Positions 27,375-37,474 of a DNA stretch of 48,346 nt are shown here, one piece after another. Source of the stretch: an uncultured Bacteriovoracaceae bacterium (GTDB lineage: Bacteria > Bdellovibrionota > Bacteriovoracia > Bacteriovoracales > Bacteriovoracaceae); assembly GCA_964012805.1 (NCBI GenBank), contig CAXGUD010000025.1:1-48346 (forward strand). The letters are read 5' to 3'. Each line of letters starts with the position of its first letter. Position 1 is the stretch's first letter. Made by a program: the position numbers and the translations under genes. The notes below the pieces were generated by a model, which saw only the letters and a list, made by a program, of their open reading frames with translations, did no database searches and was not told the DNA's origin.

Positions 27375-28397
27375 CTATCTCACGTAGATATCATTTATCT
27401 GGTTATGTCCTAGTCCATTTGATGTTGAATAATTTGTAAAAGACCCTCCTCCATCCTCAGATACGGATAGCCTCCAATTTGTTCCTACATAGATTTTTGA
27501 TGAGTCGACAAATATACCGCGGACCACATTATTACCTAATCCTTGGGTCGTTGTCTTATTTGAAAAACTGGAACTTCCATTAGTTGATATAGAAAGACCA
27601 GAATACGTACCAATATAAAGGTTGTTATCATTGTCTTCAAAAATTTCTCCTGTTACATAATTCCCGACAAGGCCCTCAGTAGCCGTTTTTTGTGTGAAGC
27701 TTGAGCCTCCGTTCGTTGAAATTTCGAGACCAGCGTTTGTATCATTTGTCCCAGCATAAATAACTCCCATAGAGGAAATTAGAACCCTTAAAATGGTGTT
27801 ATCGCTTAAGCTTGCATTTGCTGCTGTTTTGTTGATAAAGGAGCTTCCCCCATTGGTTGAGATAGAAATTCCGCCTCCAGTAGCAGCATAAATTGTTCCA
27901 TCCGTACTAACAGAAACATCCCTTATCCAATTGTCTCCAAGTCCATCCGATGTCGTCTTATTGGAAAACGAATCACCCCCATCGCTTGAAAGAGAGAGGC
28001 CTCCTTTTGTAGAAGCGTAAAGAGTCCCGCTTGAATCTCCTTTTATATTTTCAACAATATTGTTTCCAAGACCATCCGATGTTGTTTTGTTGATAAAGGT
28101 TTCTCCTTCATCTTTTGAAATAGAAAGCCCCCCGTCTGTTGCAGCATAAATGACATTGTTACTGTCGACGTAAACTCCGTTGACCGCATTATTTCCAAGT
28201 CCCTCGGATACTGTTTTATTAGAATAAGTTGCTCCCTCGTCTTTTGAAATGGAGAGCCCTCCTTCTGTTGCAACATAGATATATCCCTTCGGTTGCCCAG
28301 AATTTTGATTCCAACTAAAAGCATTACCATGTGGTCCTTGTTTACCACACGCCAAAACTAAGACTATGGTAAAAAAGAAAAGAAATTTTTTCATCAT
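27375..28397 (-). CDS. Beta-propeller (Asp-box/BNR-like repeat) lipoprotein, paralog of the downstream gene
   Basis: Lipobox LVLACGKQGP; the same seven repeats; ends IYVR. Confidence 0.85.
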   Translation of the reverse strand: MMKKFLFFFTIVLVLACGKQGPHGNAFSWNQNSGQPKGYIYVATEGGLSISKDEGATYSNKTVSEGLGNNAVNGVYVDSNNVIYAATDGGLSISKDEGETFINKTTSDGLGNNIVENIKGDSSGTLYASTKGGLSLSSDGGDSFSNKTTSDGLGDNWIRDVSVSTDGTIYAATGGGISISTNGGSSFINKTAANASLSDNTILRVLISSMGVIYAGTNDTNAGLEISTNGGSSFTQKTATEGLVGNYVTGEIFEDNDNNLYIGTYSGLSISTNGSSSFSNKTTTQGLGNNVVRGIFVDSSKIYVGTNWRLSVSEDGGGSFTNYSTSNGLGHNQINDIYVR

Positions 28398-29029
28398 TCC
28401 TTTTTATCCTCCTCAAATAAACTTGTCTCAAAGTTGAAGAGGTAACTAAGTCCAAAAGCATACTCTGTGTTTTCTAACTCTGAATAATTAGAGCCGATTA
28501 GCTCTTGATCTCCAATCTTTTCAAAACTTAAATGCCTATAGTCGTAGGTAACGAGAAGATTAGAAAGTATTTGGTAATCAATCCCTATCCCGGCACCTTG
28601 ACCGGAAGCTGACTCGTCTAGATTTCCAGGCCCAGCATCGGTGTCACTTTTTAGGGTTTTACCAGCGCTTAAATAGATGGTTGTCCTTAAGGACCACAAT
28701 TTGTAGTGAAAAGTTCCAAAAACTCCAAAGGCTGCTTTGCTCCATTCATCAGCAAGGTCAAGCCTGACTGATTTTTCGTAACCTCCGAAATATTCAAATC
28801 CAATATTAAAGTTTTCTAAAGGCAGAGAGGCCCTAAGGCCCATTGTGAAGTCAGTTGTTTGGAGGTTGTATTTTTGTTTTTCTTGATAGACCGAAGCCTG
28901 GCCAAAAAATTGAACACCAAAAAAGGGGTTTAGCTGGATGGCCGTTTTTGCATTTAGGGCAGTGCTTAAGCTCACAAGGCCTATGAGTGTAAAAAAGACT
29001 TTAAAAAAAAAGTTAAGGTAATTAGTCAT
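28394..29029 (-). CDS. Outer membrane beta-barrel protein
   Basis: Signal peptide; alternating strands GAGIGIDYQ, LLVTYDYR, YAFGLSYLF; ATGA overlap with the next gene; start is ATG 29029 or TTG 29050. Confidence 0.72.
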   Translation of the reverse strand: MTNYLNFFFKVFFTLIGLVSLSTALNAKTAIQLNPFFGVQFFGQASVYQEKQKYNLQTTDFTMGLRASLPLENFNIGFEYFGGYEKSVRLDLADEWSKAAFGVFGTFHYKLWSLRTTIYLSAGKTLKSDTDAGPGNLDESASGQGAGIGIDYQILSNLLVTYDYRHLSFEKIGDQELIGSNYSELENTEYAFGLSYLFNFETSLFEEDKKE

Positions 29030-29271
29030 CTTTGTTAATGCGAAATCCAATTAATAATTAAAATTATACCTGTTTTTAGAGAAATTTTTTTAAGGTGGAT
29101 GGGCTTTCCTCCCCTCAATGACTTGTCAGGAAGGTGTTTCCAATGTTTTGAAAATTGATGAATGCTCATTTATTCAGAGCAAAACTCTTAACTTTTTTTC
29201 TTTTCTTTTGTGGTGTGTAGGGACACCTAAAAAATACTTGTGATAAAAACTAGGGCTTTTTAAAACGCTAA

Positions 29272-30732
<1,461 letters not shown>

Positions 30733-30756
30733 AACTTTTTTAAATAAATAAGATCT

Positions 30757-30795
30757 TAAAAAGAAGCCGCCTTTTTGGGCGGCTTTTTTTTCTTT
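30757..30795. terminator. Bidirectional rho-independent terminator
   Basis: aaaaagAAGCCGCCtttttgGGCGGCTTtttttt between convergent genes. Confidence 0.88.
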
Positions 30796-31894
30796 AATTA
30801 CTAACTTTTAAAACGATCTTTCCAACAGTCCTTCTTTTATGCATAAGTTGGAAAGCATCTCTGACTCCAACTATTGAAAAGGGGAGCTCTTTTGAAATCG
30901 TTGGACTTAGTTTTAGAGGTCCTTCACAATCTATAAAATCATTTCTTAGCTCTTCTAAAAAAGGTGCGCTTTGGGGAAACCTGACCCAAAATAATTCTCG
31001 GTTTTTTCTAAAAAGATTAAGGCCCATTCTTCTTTTTATTCCAGCTTTTACCCAATCACCAAATTGCCCTCCAATCGTCACATAAGGAGACAGTTCATTA
31101 ATTAAATTATTTTTTAAAATAAGGTTCTTATAATCATGAACTCTATCCTTTTCGGAAAGAGACGTTACACAATCAAAAACCATATGAAAGGTTAAACTTT
31201 TTTTTCCTTTTAACTCATTTGGGTTTTTTAAAAGGGCTATGGCCTCTTTTAATTTTACTAATATTTCTTCAGGTCCTTTTTTATAATCAATAACTTCATC
31301 TGCTCCAAGGCCTGAAACAAAAGACTTATTCTCTCCACTGCAAATAGCGACGACCTTCATCCCCATTTTTTTCGCCACCTGAACAGCGAGATGGCCAACA
31401 CCCCCACTAGCGCCAATAATAAGAATTAAATTTCCAGCTTTTTGGTTATAATCGTATTTAAGAGCTTGAAGAGAGGTGAGACCGGATAAAGGAATAGTCG
31501 CAGCTTCTCTAAGTTTTAAGTTTTTTGGTTTGAGGGCCACCTGATCGATAGGTGCCAAAATAAAATCTCTAAAGCTACCATGCATTGGTGGCATAGTTCC
31601 AAAAACCTCATCTCCAGGGGAAAAGGGACAATTAGGGTCATTTTTTGGTGTTTCTAAAATAATACCTGAAAAATCATAACCAACACCCCGTCCATCCATA
31701 CTTAATTTTCCAAGATTATTTAACCAATTGGGAAGTTTATCACCTACATTATATTTTGCGTCCACTGGGTTAACTCCACAATAATAAACTTTAACAAGAA
31801 CATGAGTGCGAGTCTTGGGCATAAGTTTTGGAGGTTTGAGTTCAACTTCTTTAATTCCTTCTTCACTGCTATGATTGTAGACGATGGCCCGCAT
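30794..31894 (-). CDS. NAD(P)-dependent quinone oxidoreductase / zinc-free MDR family
   Basis: VLVKV...GVNPVDAK, GYDFSG, GDEVFG, AATIPLSGLTSLQAL, IIGASGGVGH.AVQ.AK, LGADEVIDY, GKIVL. Confidence 0.88.
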   Translation of the reverse strand: MRAIVYNHSSEEGIKEVELKPPKLMPKTRTHVLVKVYYCGVNPVDAKYNVGDKLPNWLNNLGKLSMDGRGVGYDFSGIILETPKNDPNCPFSPGDEVFGTMPPMHGSFRDFILAPIDQVALKPKNLKLREAATIPLSGLTSLQALKYDYNQKAGNLILIIGASGGVGHLAVQVAKKMGMKVVAICSGENKSFVSGLGADEVIDYKKGPEEILVKLKEAIALLKNPNELKGKKSLTFHMVFDCVTSLSEKDRVHDYKNLILKNNLINELSPYVTIGGQFGDWVKAGIKRRMGLNLFRKNRELFWVRFPQSAPFLEELRNDFIDCEGPLKLSPTISKELPFSIVGVRDAFQLMHKRRTVGKIVLKVSN

Positions 31895-31896
31895 AA

Positions 31897-34800
31897 CTAA
31901 GGTGTCCTTTTATGGAGGGTTATTGTAAACTTGGTGCCTTTATTTTTCTCACTCTCAAGGCTTAAATGGGCCTTAATTGCCTTCAAATTTTCCTTAACGA
32001 CATCCATACCCACTCCGCGACCAGAAATTTCTGTTGCATGCTCTTTTGTGCTAAGACCTGGTAGGAAAATAAGGTTAAGTTTTTCACTAGAGCTCATCCT
32101 AAGAGTGTCTTCTTTTGTCTTGAGTCCTTTTTTGATGGCCTGTTCCGCTATTATATCCTCGTTAATCCCACGACCATCATCCTCCATTATTATTTGCAAT
32201 TTGTTTTCATCTAAAACCTGGCAATTAATTTTGATGAGTGCCAATTCTTCTTTATTACTTTCGGCCCTCGTTTTTGGGTCTTCAATTCCATGGTCTAAGG
32301 AATTTCTAATAAGATGTGTGAGAGCATCATGCAAGAGGCTTAAGCTTTCCTTATTAAGTGAGCCTTGATCACCTGTAATTTGAAAATTTACTTTTTTACC
32401 AAGTGATTCCGCAATATCGTTAATAACTGTTCGAAAGCGGTTAAAGGAGTATTTTACGGGAAGTTCAAGGAGTTCTCTAAAAGATTGTTGAAGAAGATTT
32501 GTTTCTTCCGATTGATTTTGGAAAATGTATTGATTAAGCCGTGACTTAAACTTAGAGAAATTATCTTCCATAACTTCAAATGAATTAGGCCTTAAAAGGT
32601 TTTTCTTCTCTTTTTCAATATCTGAATGTGAATAAAAAATTTGAAGAATAGTGATAAATTTAGAAAAACCAAAGTGCGAAAAATCATTTTTAAATATACA
32701 ATCAATTTTATTTTTTATGAATTGTTTCAAGTCACTCTCTTCAATGGTTTCAGTTCCATTTAATGAATCAAAGTTTTTAAGATTCATAAAAAAGTCGTCG
32801 ATGATTTTGTAAGACCCCTCGGGATGCAAAATGCTTTTTTCCCAATCGTTTTCAGTTTTAAATAACCTCTTATAAGTTGTGTTTATATGATCGTAGTCAA
32901 GAATTTCTAGAAATTTTAAAAAAAGAACGTCCCTTTTAAAAAGATGTGATAATAATTTAGGGGCTTTTGGCAAATTGTTTCTAAGATATACTCTATCATC
33001 AGGCTGCATTTTTAAAATATTAATAGATAATATAAATGAGCAATAATCCCATAGACTCTTAATACTTTCCAAAATAATATTTTTTTCACTTCTATTTATT
33101 ATATTTTTTGATAAGGCTTGAATCATTGGAATTTTGTTTTCTTCACCGAAAATTTTAATAGAATTAATTTCTTGAAACTTGTTTACATTAATATTTTTTT
33201 CATTTCTGTCAAGAATCGACTTGGTCAATCCATGAAGGTCTATGAAAAAATTTGAGAAATGAGTATTGCTAATATTACTAGGTTTCAAATCAAAAAAATC
33301 TATATAGATCTTTTTGTTAAAATTTTTAATTGTTTTTATTTTATTTAAAAAATCCATGTAATGATCTGGTAAAATATCTGATTTTAATCTTATCTTTTGG
33401 ATGAAGTTTTCAATATCATGAATTAAAATTTGGAGGTCGCTTTCACCAATCGATTTATAAAAACCTTTCTGCACATGGAGATTTAATACAATAAGAGAAT
33501 ACGTTTCATCCGTAAGGTTAAAGAAAGTAGAATTTAGGTCTTTTGGAAAATCGATCGTTTTCGAGTACATTTGAGGTATGACTATATTTAATAGATATTC
33601 TAATTCAGTGTGTTTTTTATTAATATTTTCTTTTAGTTTAATGTCATCTTTAAAATCAAGAGAAAATATATCTTTTCCTGTTTTTGTGTATTGATAGATT
33701 ATACCTTTAAGTTCGTAAATATCTTGAATGAGCTGATTTAATTTACTATTGTCAAAATATTTATCTTTTTCCTCAGGGCCTCTTGTTAAAAAACTATAAT
33801 TATTTTCTATTTCATGAGTAGCGCTTGAAATAAAACTTAGGTTGTAAAGTCGAGAGTTCCCTTTTAGCGTATGTAATTGTCTTGCAATGAACTCAAGGTC
33901 ACTTTCTTTATAATTAGGAAGATTATTCCTCATTTTTTTGGTTCTTGATGCCGCTTCATCAAGAAGCTTATAAGAATTATCAAAAAATAATATGAGATCT
34001 TCTTTCGATGACTGAATCATTTCTTGAACGATAGTGGTTTTCTTTGAAGATTTTTCTTCTTGGGTTTTCATGGCCTCTTCAAGTGATTGTAATTCTGTAA
34101 TATCTTCTACTATTAACATTATCTTTTCAATAAGCTCATGTGAATCGTAAATAGGTGAGTAAGAGATTTTTAATGTTTTTACTTGTAACTCATTTGGTTT
34201 CTTATAAGTGACCTTCGGAGGTAGTGTGCTTTTACTGATTTCCCACTGAAGACTATCGGATTCAAAGAGTGCCCAAACTGCAAAATCAAGTCCAGAATAT
34301 TTTTCGCTTTTTCTGTCGATGCCTTTAAAAACTGTATCAAATATATTTGTGCCTTCAATTTCTTGTGAAAAAATATTAAATGAAAATTTGGAAACAGGTC
34401 CTTGGATAATTAGGTCACGATTAATGGTAAAAACTGATTGGTTCATATTGTCAAGTATGAGTGTAACCCTCTTTTCAGATCCTTCCGCATGTAATCTCGC
34501 ACTGAGGGCCTCTTTTGTTCTTAAAACAATTTCCAATTCTAATTCTTTGCTTAATCTCTCAGCAGTGTTAAAGGCATTGGAAAACCTTTTTGCCAAAATA
34601 AAGCTTTGAAATAAGATAAAAAGGATGAATGTATATGAGAGGATGAAGGGCGGAGGGATAACTTTATGAAGAACTAAATTATCATAAACCACTCCGAAAA
34701 ATAGGGCCAGTATCCCAATAATGACGTGAAAAGCATTTGGCTGTTTTTGTTTTACGGCCTTAAAGACAAATAATAGGCCATAAAAGATGAAAATAATCAT

Positions 34801-35808
34801 GATTATGTTATAAGAGTTAACTATTAGTCCATGAGTAAAATAGCGAGGGTTTAAGAAAAGAGTTGCCAATGAATAAAAGCTTACAATAGACCATATAAAT
34901 TTTTGGTAGTTCTTTTCATGTTTAAATTTAATAATTTTCCAGAGGAAAGATGTAAAAATAGGAAGGCCTAAATAAAGTGTTAGGTATTCAATTGTAACAT
35001 TCCAATTAAAAATAAATTTTGAATTTGGATAGAACTTAAAAATATAGTCACTTTCTGTAAATTTCCTTAAAAACATGGAACAGCAAAAAAGAGCAAACCA
35101 AAAGCTCGCCTTATCTTTTCTTCGAAGAAAAAATAGGAAGAAATGGTATACACCCATAATAATGAAGACTCCAATCGAGAGGAAATCTCGGTAAGACTTA
35201 CTTTCTAACCTTTTTCTCAGATCCTTTTCTTTCCCAAGATGAATAGGGCTGAAGAAACCTCCTGAACGGTAATGAAAATTAGAACAGTGAAGTAAGAGAT
35301 AGATCATATTATTATCAAATTTAAGAGGATAGATAACGGATTCGTCGTTGGGAATGCTAGTTTTTTCTGTTTTTCCAATAACGCCTTGAGAACCTAAAAG
35401 GGATATTTTTTGCCCATCAATAAGGTAAAGTCTGTAATTAGATGAAAATGTCCTTAAATAGAGCGCCAAATTATGTTTGTCTTTGAGTCCACTAATTTTA
35501 ATCAGGTAGCTTGCATAACCAGATTTGAAAGAGGTTTCATCTCCCTTTAGATTATATTGATTCCAAAGTTTTGGGACTGGAACAAATGACGTTTTTTTTG
35601 GAATTTGGTTATTCACAACATCTTTTGGGCTAACCCACTTTTTCCAAAAAAACCTCCATTCACCTTTTAATTTAAAGGTGGTGTTTTCTTCAAATTTAAA
35701 TCCTTTTAAATTAACTTCACCTTTTTTTATTAAAGGAGGTGCTAATCTTTCAGAAGAAAAAGACCTAAATGATAAAATTATAAAAGTGAGAAAAAGAACT
35801 CTAATCAT
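31897..35808 (-). CDS. 7TM-DISM sensor CheA-like histidine kinase (PAS-like, two Hpt, HATPase), no CheW domain
   Basis: LKGEWRFFW..VPKLWN..GYASY extracellular domain; seven TMs; ILDNMNQSVF; RQLHTLKGNS and LHVQKG; HLIRNSLDHGIE, DDGRGI, ISGRGVGMDVV; ends after the ATPase domain. Confidence 0.85.
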   Translation of the reverse strand: MIRVLFLTFIILSFRSFSSERLAPPLIKKGEVNLKGFKFEENTTFKLKGEWRFFWKKWVSPKDVVNNQIPKKTSFVPVPKLWNQYNLKGDETSFKSGYASYLIKISGLKDKHNLALYLRTFSSNYRLYLIDGQKISLLGSQGVIGKTEKTSIPNDESVIYPLKFDNNMIYLLLHCSNFHYRSGGFFSPIHLGKEKDLRKRLESKSYRDFLSIGVFIIMGVYHFFLFFLRRKDKASFWFALFCCSMFLRKFTESDYIFKFYPNSKFIFNWNVTIEYLTLYLGLPIFTSFLWKIIKFKHEKNYQKFIWSIVSFYSLATLFLNPRYFTHGLIVNSYNIIMIIFIFYGLLFVFKAVKQKQPNAFHVIIGILALFFGVVYDNLVLHKVIPPPFILSYTFILFILFQSFILAKRFSNAFNTAERLSKELELEIVLRTKEALSARLHAEGSEKRVTLILDNMNQSVFTINRDLIIQGPVSKFSFNIFSQEIEGTNIFDTVFKGIDRKSEKYSGLDFAVWALFESDSLQWEISKSTLPPKVTYKKPNELQVKTLKISYSPIYDSHELIEKIMLIVEDITELQSLEEAMKTQEEKSSKKTTIVQEMIQSSKEDLILFFDNSYKLLDEAASRTKKMRNNLPNYKESDLEFIARQLHTLKGNSRLYNLSFISSATHEIENNYSFLTRGPEEKDKYFDNSKLNQLIQDIYELKGIIYQYTKTGKDIFSLDFKDDIKLKENINKKHTELEYLLNIVIPQMYSKTIDFPKDLNSTFFNLTDETYSLIVLNLHVQKGFYKSIGESDLQILIHDIENFIQKIRLKSDILPDHYMDFLNKIKTIKNFNKKIYIDFFDLKPSNISNTHFSNFFIDLHGLTKSILDRNEKNINVNKFQEINSIKIFGEENKIPMIQALSKNIINRSEKNIILESIKSLWDYCSFILSINILKMQPDDRVYLRNNLPKAPKLLSHLFKRDVLFLKFLEILDYDHINTTYKRLFKTENDWEKSILHPEGSYKIIDDFFMNLKNFDSLNGTETIEESDLKQFIKNKIDCIFKNDFSHFGFSKFITILQIFYSHSDIEKEKKNLLRPNSFEVMEDNFSKFKSRLNQYIFQNQSEETNLLQQSFRELLELPVKYSFNRFRTVINDIAESLGKKVNFQITGDQGSLNKESLSLLHDALTHLIRNSLDHGIEDPKTRAESNKEELALIKINCQVLDENKLQIIMEDDGRGINEDIIAEQAIKKGLKTKEDTLRMSSSEKLNLIFLPGLSTKEHATEISGRGVGMDVVKENLKAIKAHLSLESEKNKGTKFTITLHKRTP

Positions 35809-36138
35809 AAGCTAAAATAAAATTAATTAAAAAGGTTTTAAAACCTTTTAACTTATCGAAATCTAGTAATAAAATATAAATAAAAAAAGAAAATTAACTT
35901 GTTTTTATTTAGCAATTTTTAAAAGAAATTAAATTTATAAATAAGAAAATATTTTTAAAAAATTAGATCCAGAAGGGGCAAAATTTCATAATTACTTAAA
36001 TTAAATTTAGAAGAAATTAGATTTAAAAAAAAATAATTGATTGATCGAAAAAAATATCAAATTATTCTTTCCAAATAGGAAAATATGATATCGTTAGATG
36101 GAGAAAAATAGCATTTTGATGTAAAAGGAGTTTTATTT

Positions 36139-37428
36139 ATGGATTTTAAAATAATTTTTAAAGGCCTGGTAATCCTCCTGGTATTTTTTTCAGGCAGTGT
36201 TTATTCAGGTAATGAAAAGGAAAAAGTCTGTCCAAAAAATCCAATTGATAATTGCCCGAAAGGATTTCTTTGTAAAAATCTTAAGCCAATTAAAGGAAAG
36301 GAACTTAAAGAAAAGATGAAGCTTCTTGAAAAGGAGTATAAGAAGAAGTGGACTTTTAAAGGTTCTAAGGTATCGGTAGGTACTAAAATTTGGGATGGTA
36401 CAAAGTATGCTACAAAAAAGGCCTCTAAAAATATAAAAGCCGGAGTTCAAAGAATACAAAAGCAGATTGGTGAAAGCGCTGCTGGAAAAAAGTTTTCAAA
36501 ATCAAAAACATACGATTTGTTTAAGCAATTAAGAAACAATGTTAAGAGCTATTATTGGGTTAAACCAATGGATAAGGATCAACAGTCAAATATCATGAAT
36601 ACCGAAAAAAGAACGGTTATTTTAGAATACAAGACTGTGAATATTGTTGATGATAAAGAGACTCCAGGAATAGGTAAAACAAAGTTTTATGTTTACCAAA
36701 GTACCAAATGGAAAGGACAAAAAAGACCTCTCCTCATTATAATGCCACCAGTTTATGGTATTTCACCCTTTGATATAGGAATGGCCGTTCGGTATGTAAA
36801 GCATGGTTATAGAGTGGCGATTTTAGAGTTAGGAGGGTTTAAGTTTATAAGCCCTTTTCAACACACAAGGCATATCAAAAGAGTTACTGTCACTACAATG
36901 GGGCACGTCCATCGGTTAATCGATTACATGACTAAAGAAGGTGATGTTGATAAGAAAAAAATAGGTATTTTTGGTTTTAGTCTTGGTGGTCTGATGGCAT
37001 CTTTGGCCTTTTCAGTAAACAAGGATATTAAGGCATTATCTCTTGCTGTAGGCGGTGGGAACTTTGCGGAAATTTTAACAAACTCAAAACAAGCGGTCGC
37101 CGCTCTTTATAGAAAATATAGAATGAAAGAAGAAAATATTAAAACAAAAGAGGATTATTTTAAAGTCATGCAAGAGGCTTTTTCTTTTGATCCTATAAGG
37201 TTCGCCCACTTGAGAGATCCTAATGATGTTTATTTAGTTTTTACTGAAGGAGATTCAGCTGTTCCAAGTAAAAACCAAAGAGACTTAGAGAGGGCCTTTA
37301 ATGCCAATTGTAAAAGAGGTAACTCAAGATGGGAGCAAGGAGAACATTTTTTTGCTATTGTTAAAGATCTTCTTAAAAGAGATCGGATTAATAATTTTTT
37401 TAAAAGTAGGTTTGGTGTAGATAAGTAA
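36139..37428 (+). CDS. Secreted alpha/beta hydrolase
   Basis: Signal peptide; IGIFGFSLGG nucleophile elbow, D (GDSAVP) and H (GEH); RBS AAGGAG. Confidence 0.82.
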   Translation: MDFKIIFKGLVILLVFFSGSVYSGNEKEKVCPKNPIDNCPKGFLCKNLKPIKGKELKEKMKLLEKEYKKKWTFKGSKVSVGTKIWDGTKYATKKASKNIKAGVQRIQKQIGESAAGKKFSKSKTYDLFKQLRNNVKSYYWVKPMDKDQQSNIMNTEKRTVILEYKTVNIVDDKETPGIGKTKFYVYQSTKWKGQKRPLLIIMPPVYGISPFDIGMAVRYVKHGYRVAILELGGFKFISPFQHTRHIKRVTVTTMGHVHRLIDYMTKEGDVDKKKIGIFGFSLGGLMASLAFSVNKDIKALSLAVGGGNFAEILTNSKQAVAALYRKYRMKEENIKTKEDYFKVMQEAFSFDPIRFAHLRDPNDVYLVFTEGDSAVPSKNQRDLERAFNANCKRGNSRWEQGEHFFAIVKDLLKRDRINNFFKSRFGVDK

Positions 37429-37474
37429 AAAATAAAGTGATCTTTAAAATAAAGAAATTATTTATTTAGTTCTC

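Noticed and set aside
26314..28397. Diversity-generating retroelement template/variable repeat pair
   Set aside because: No reverse transcriptase; differences are not adenine-specific and both copies are full genes
35809..36138. Extremely AT-rich spacer as a replication origin or ncRNA
   Set aside because: No clustered DnaA boxes or stable structure seen; consistent with a divergent promoter region
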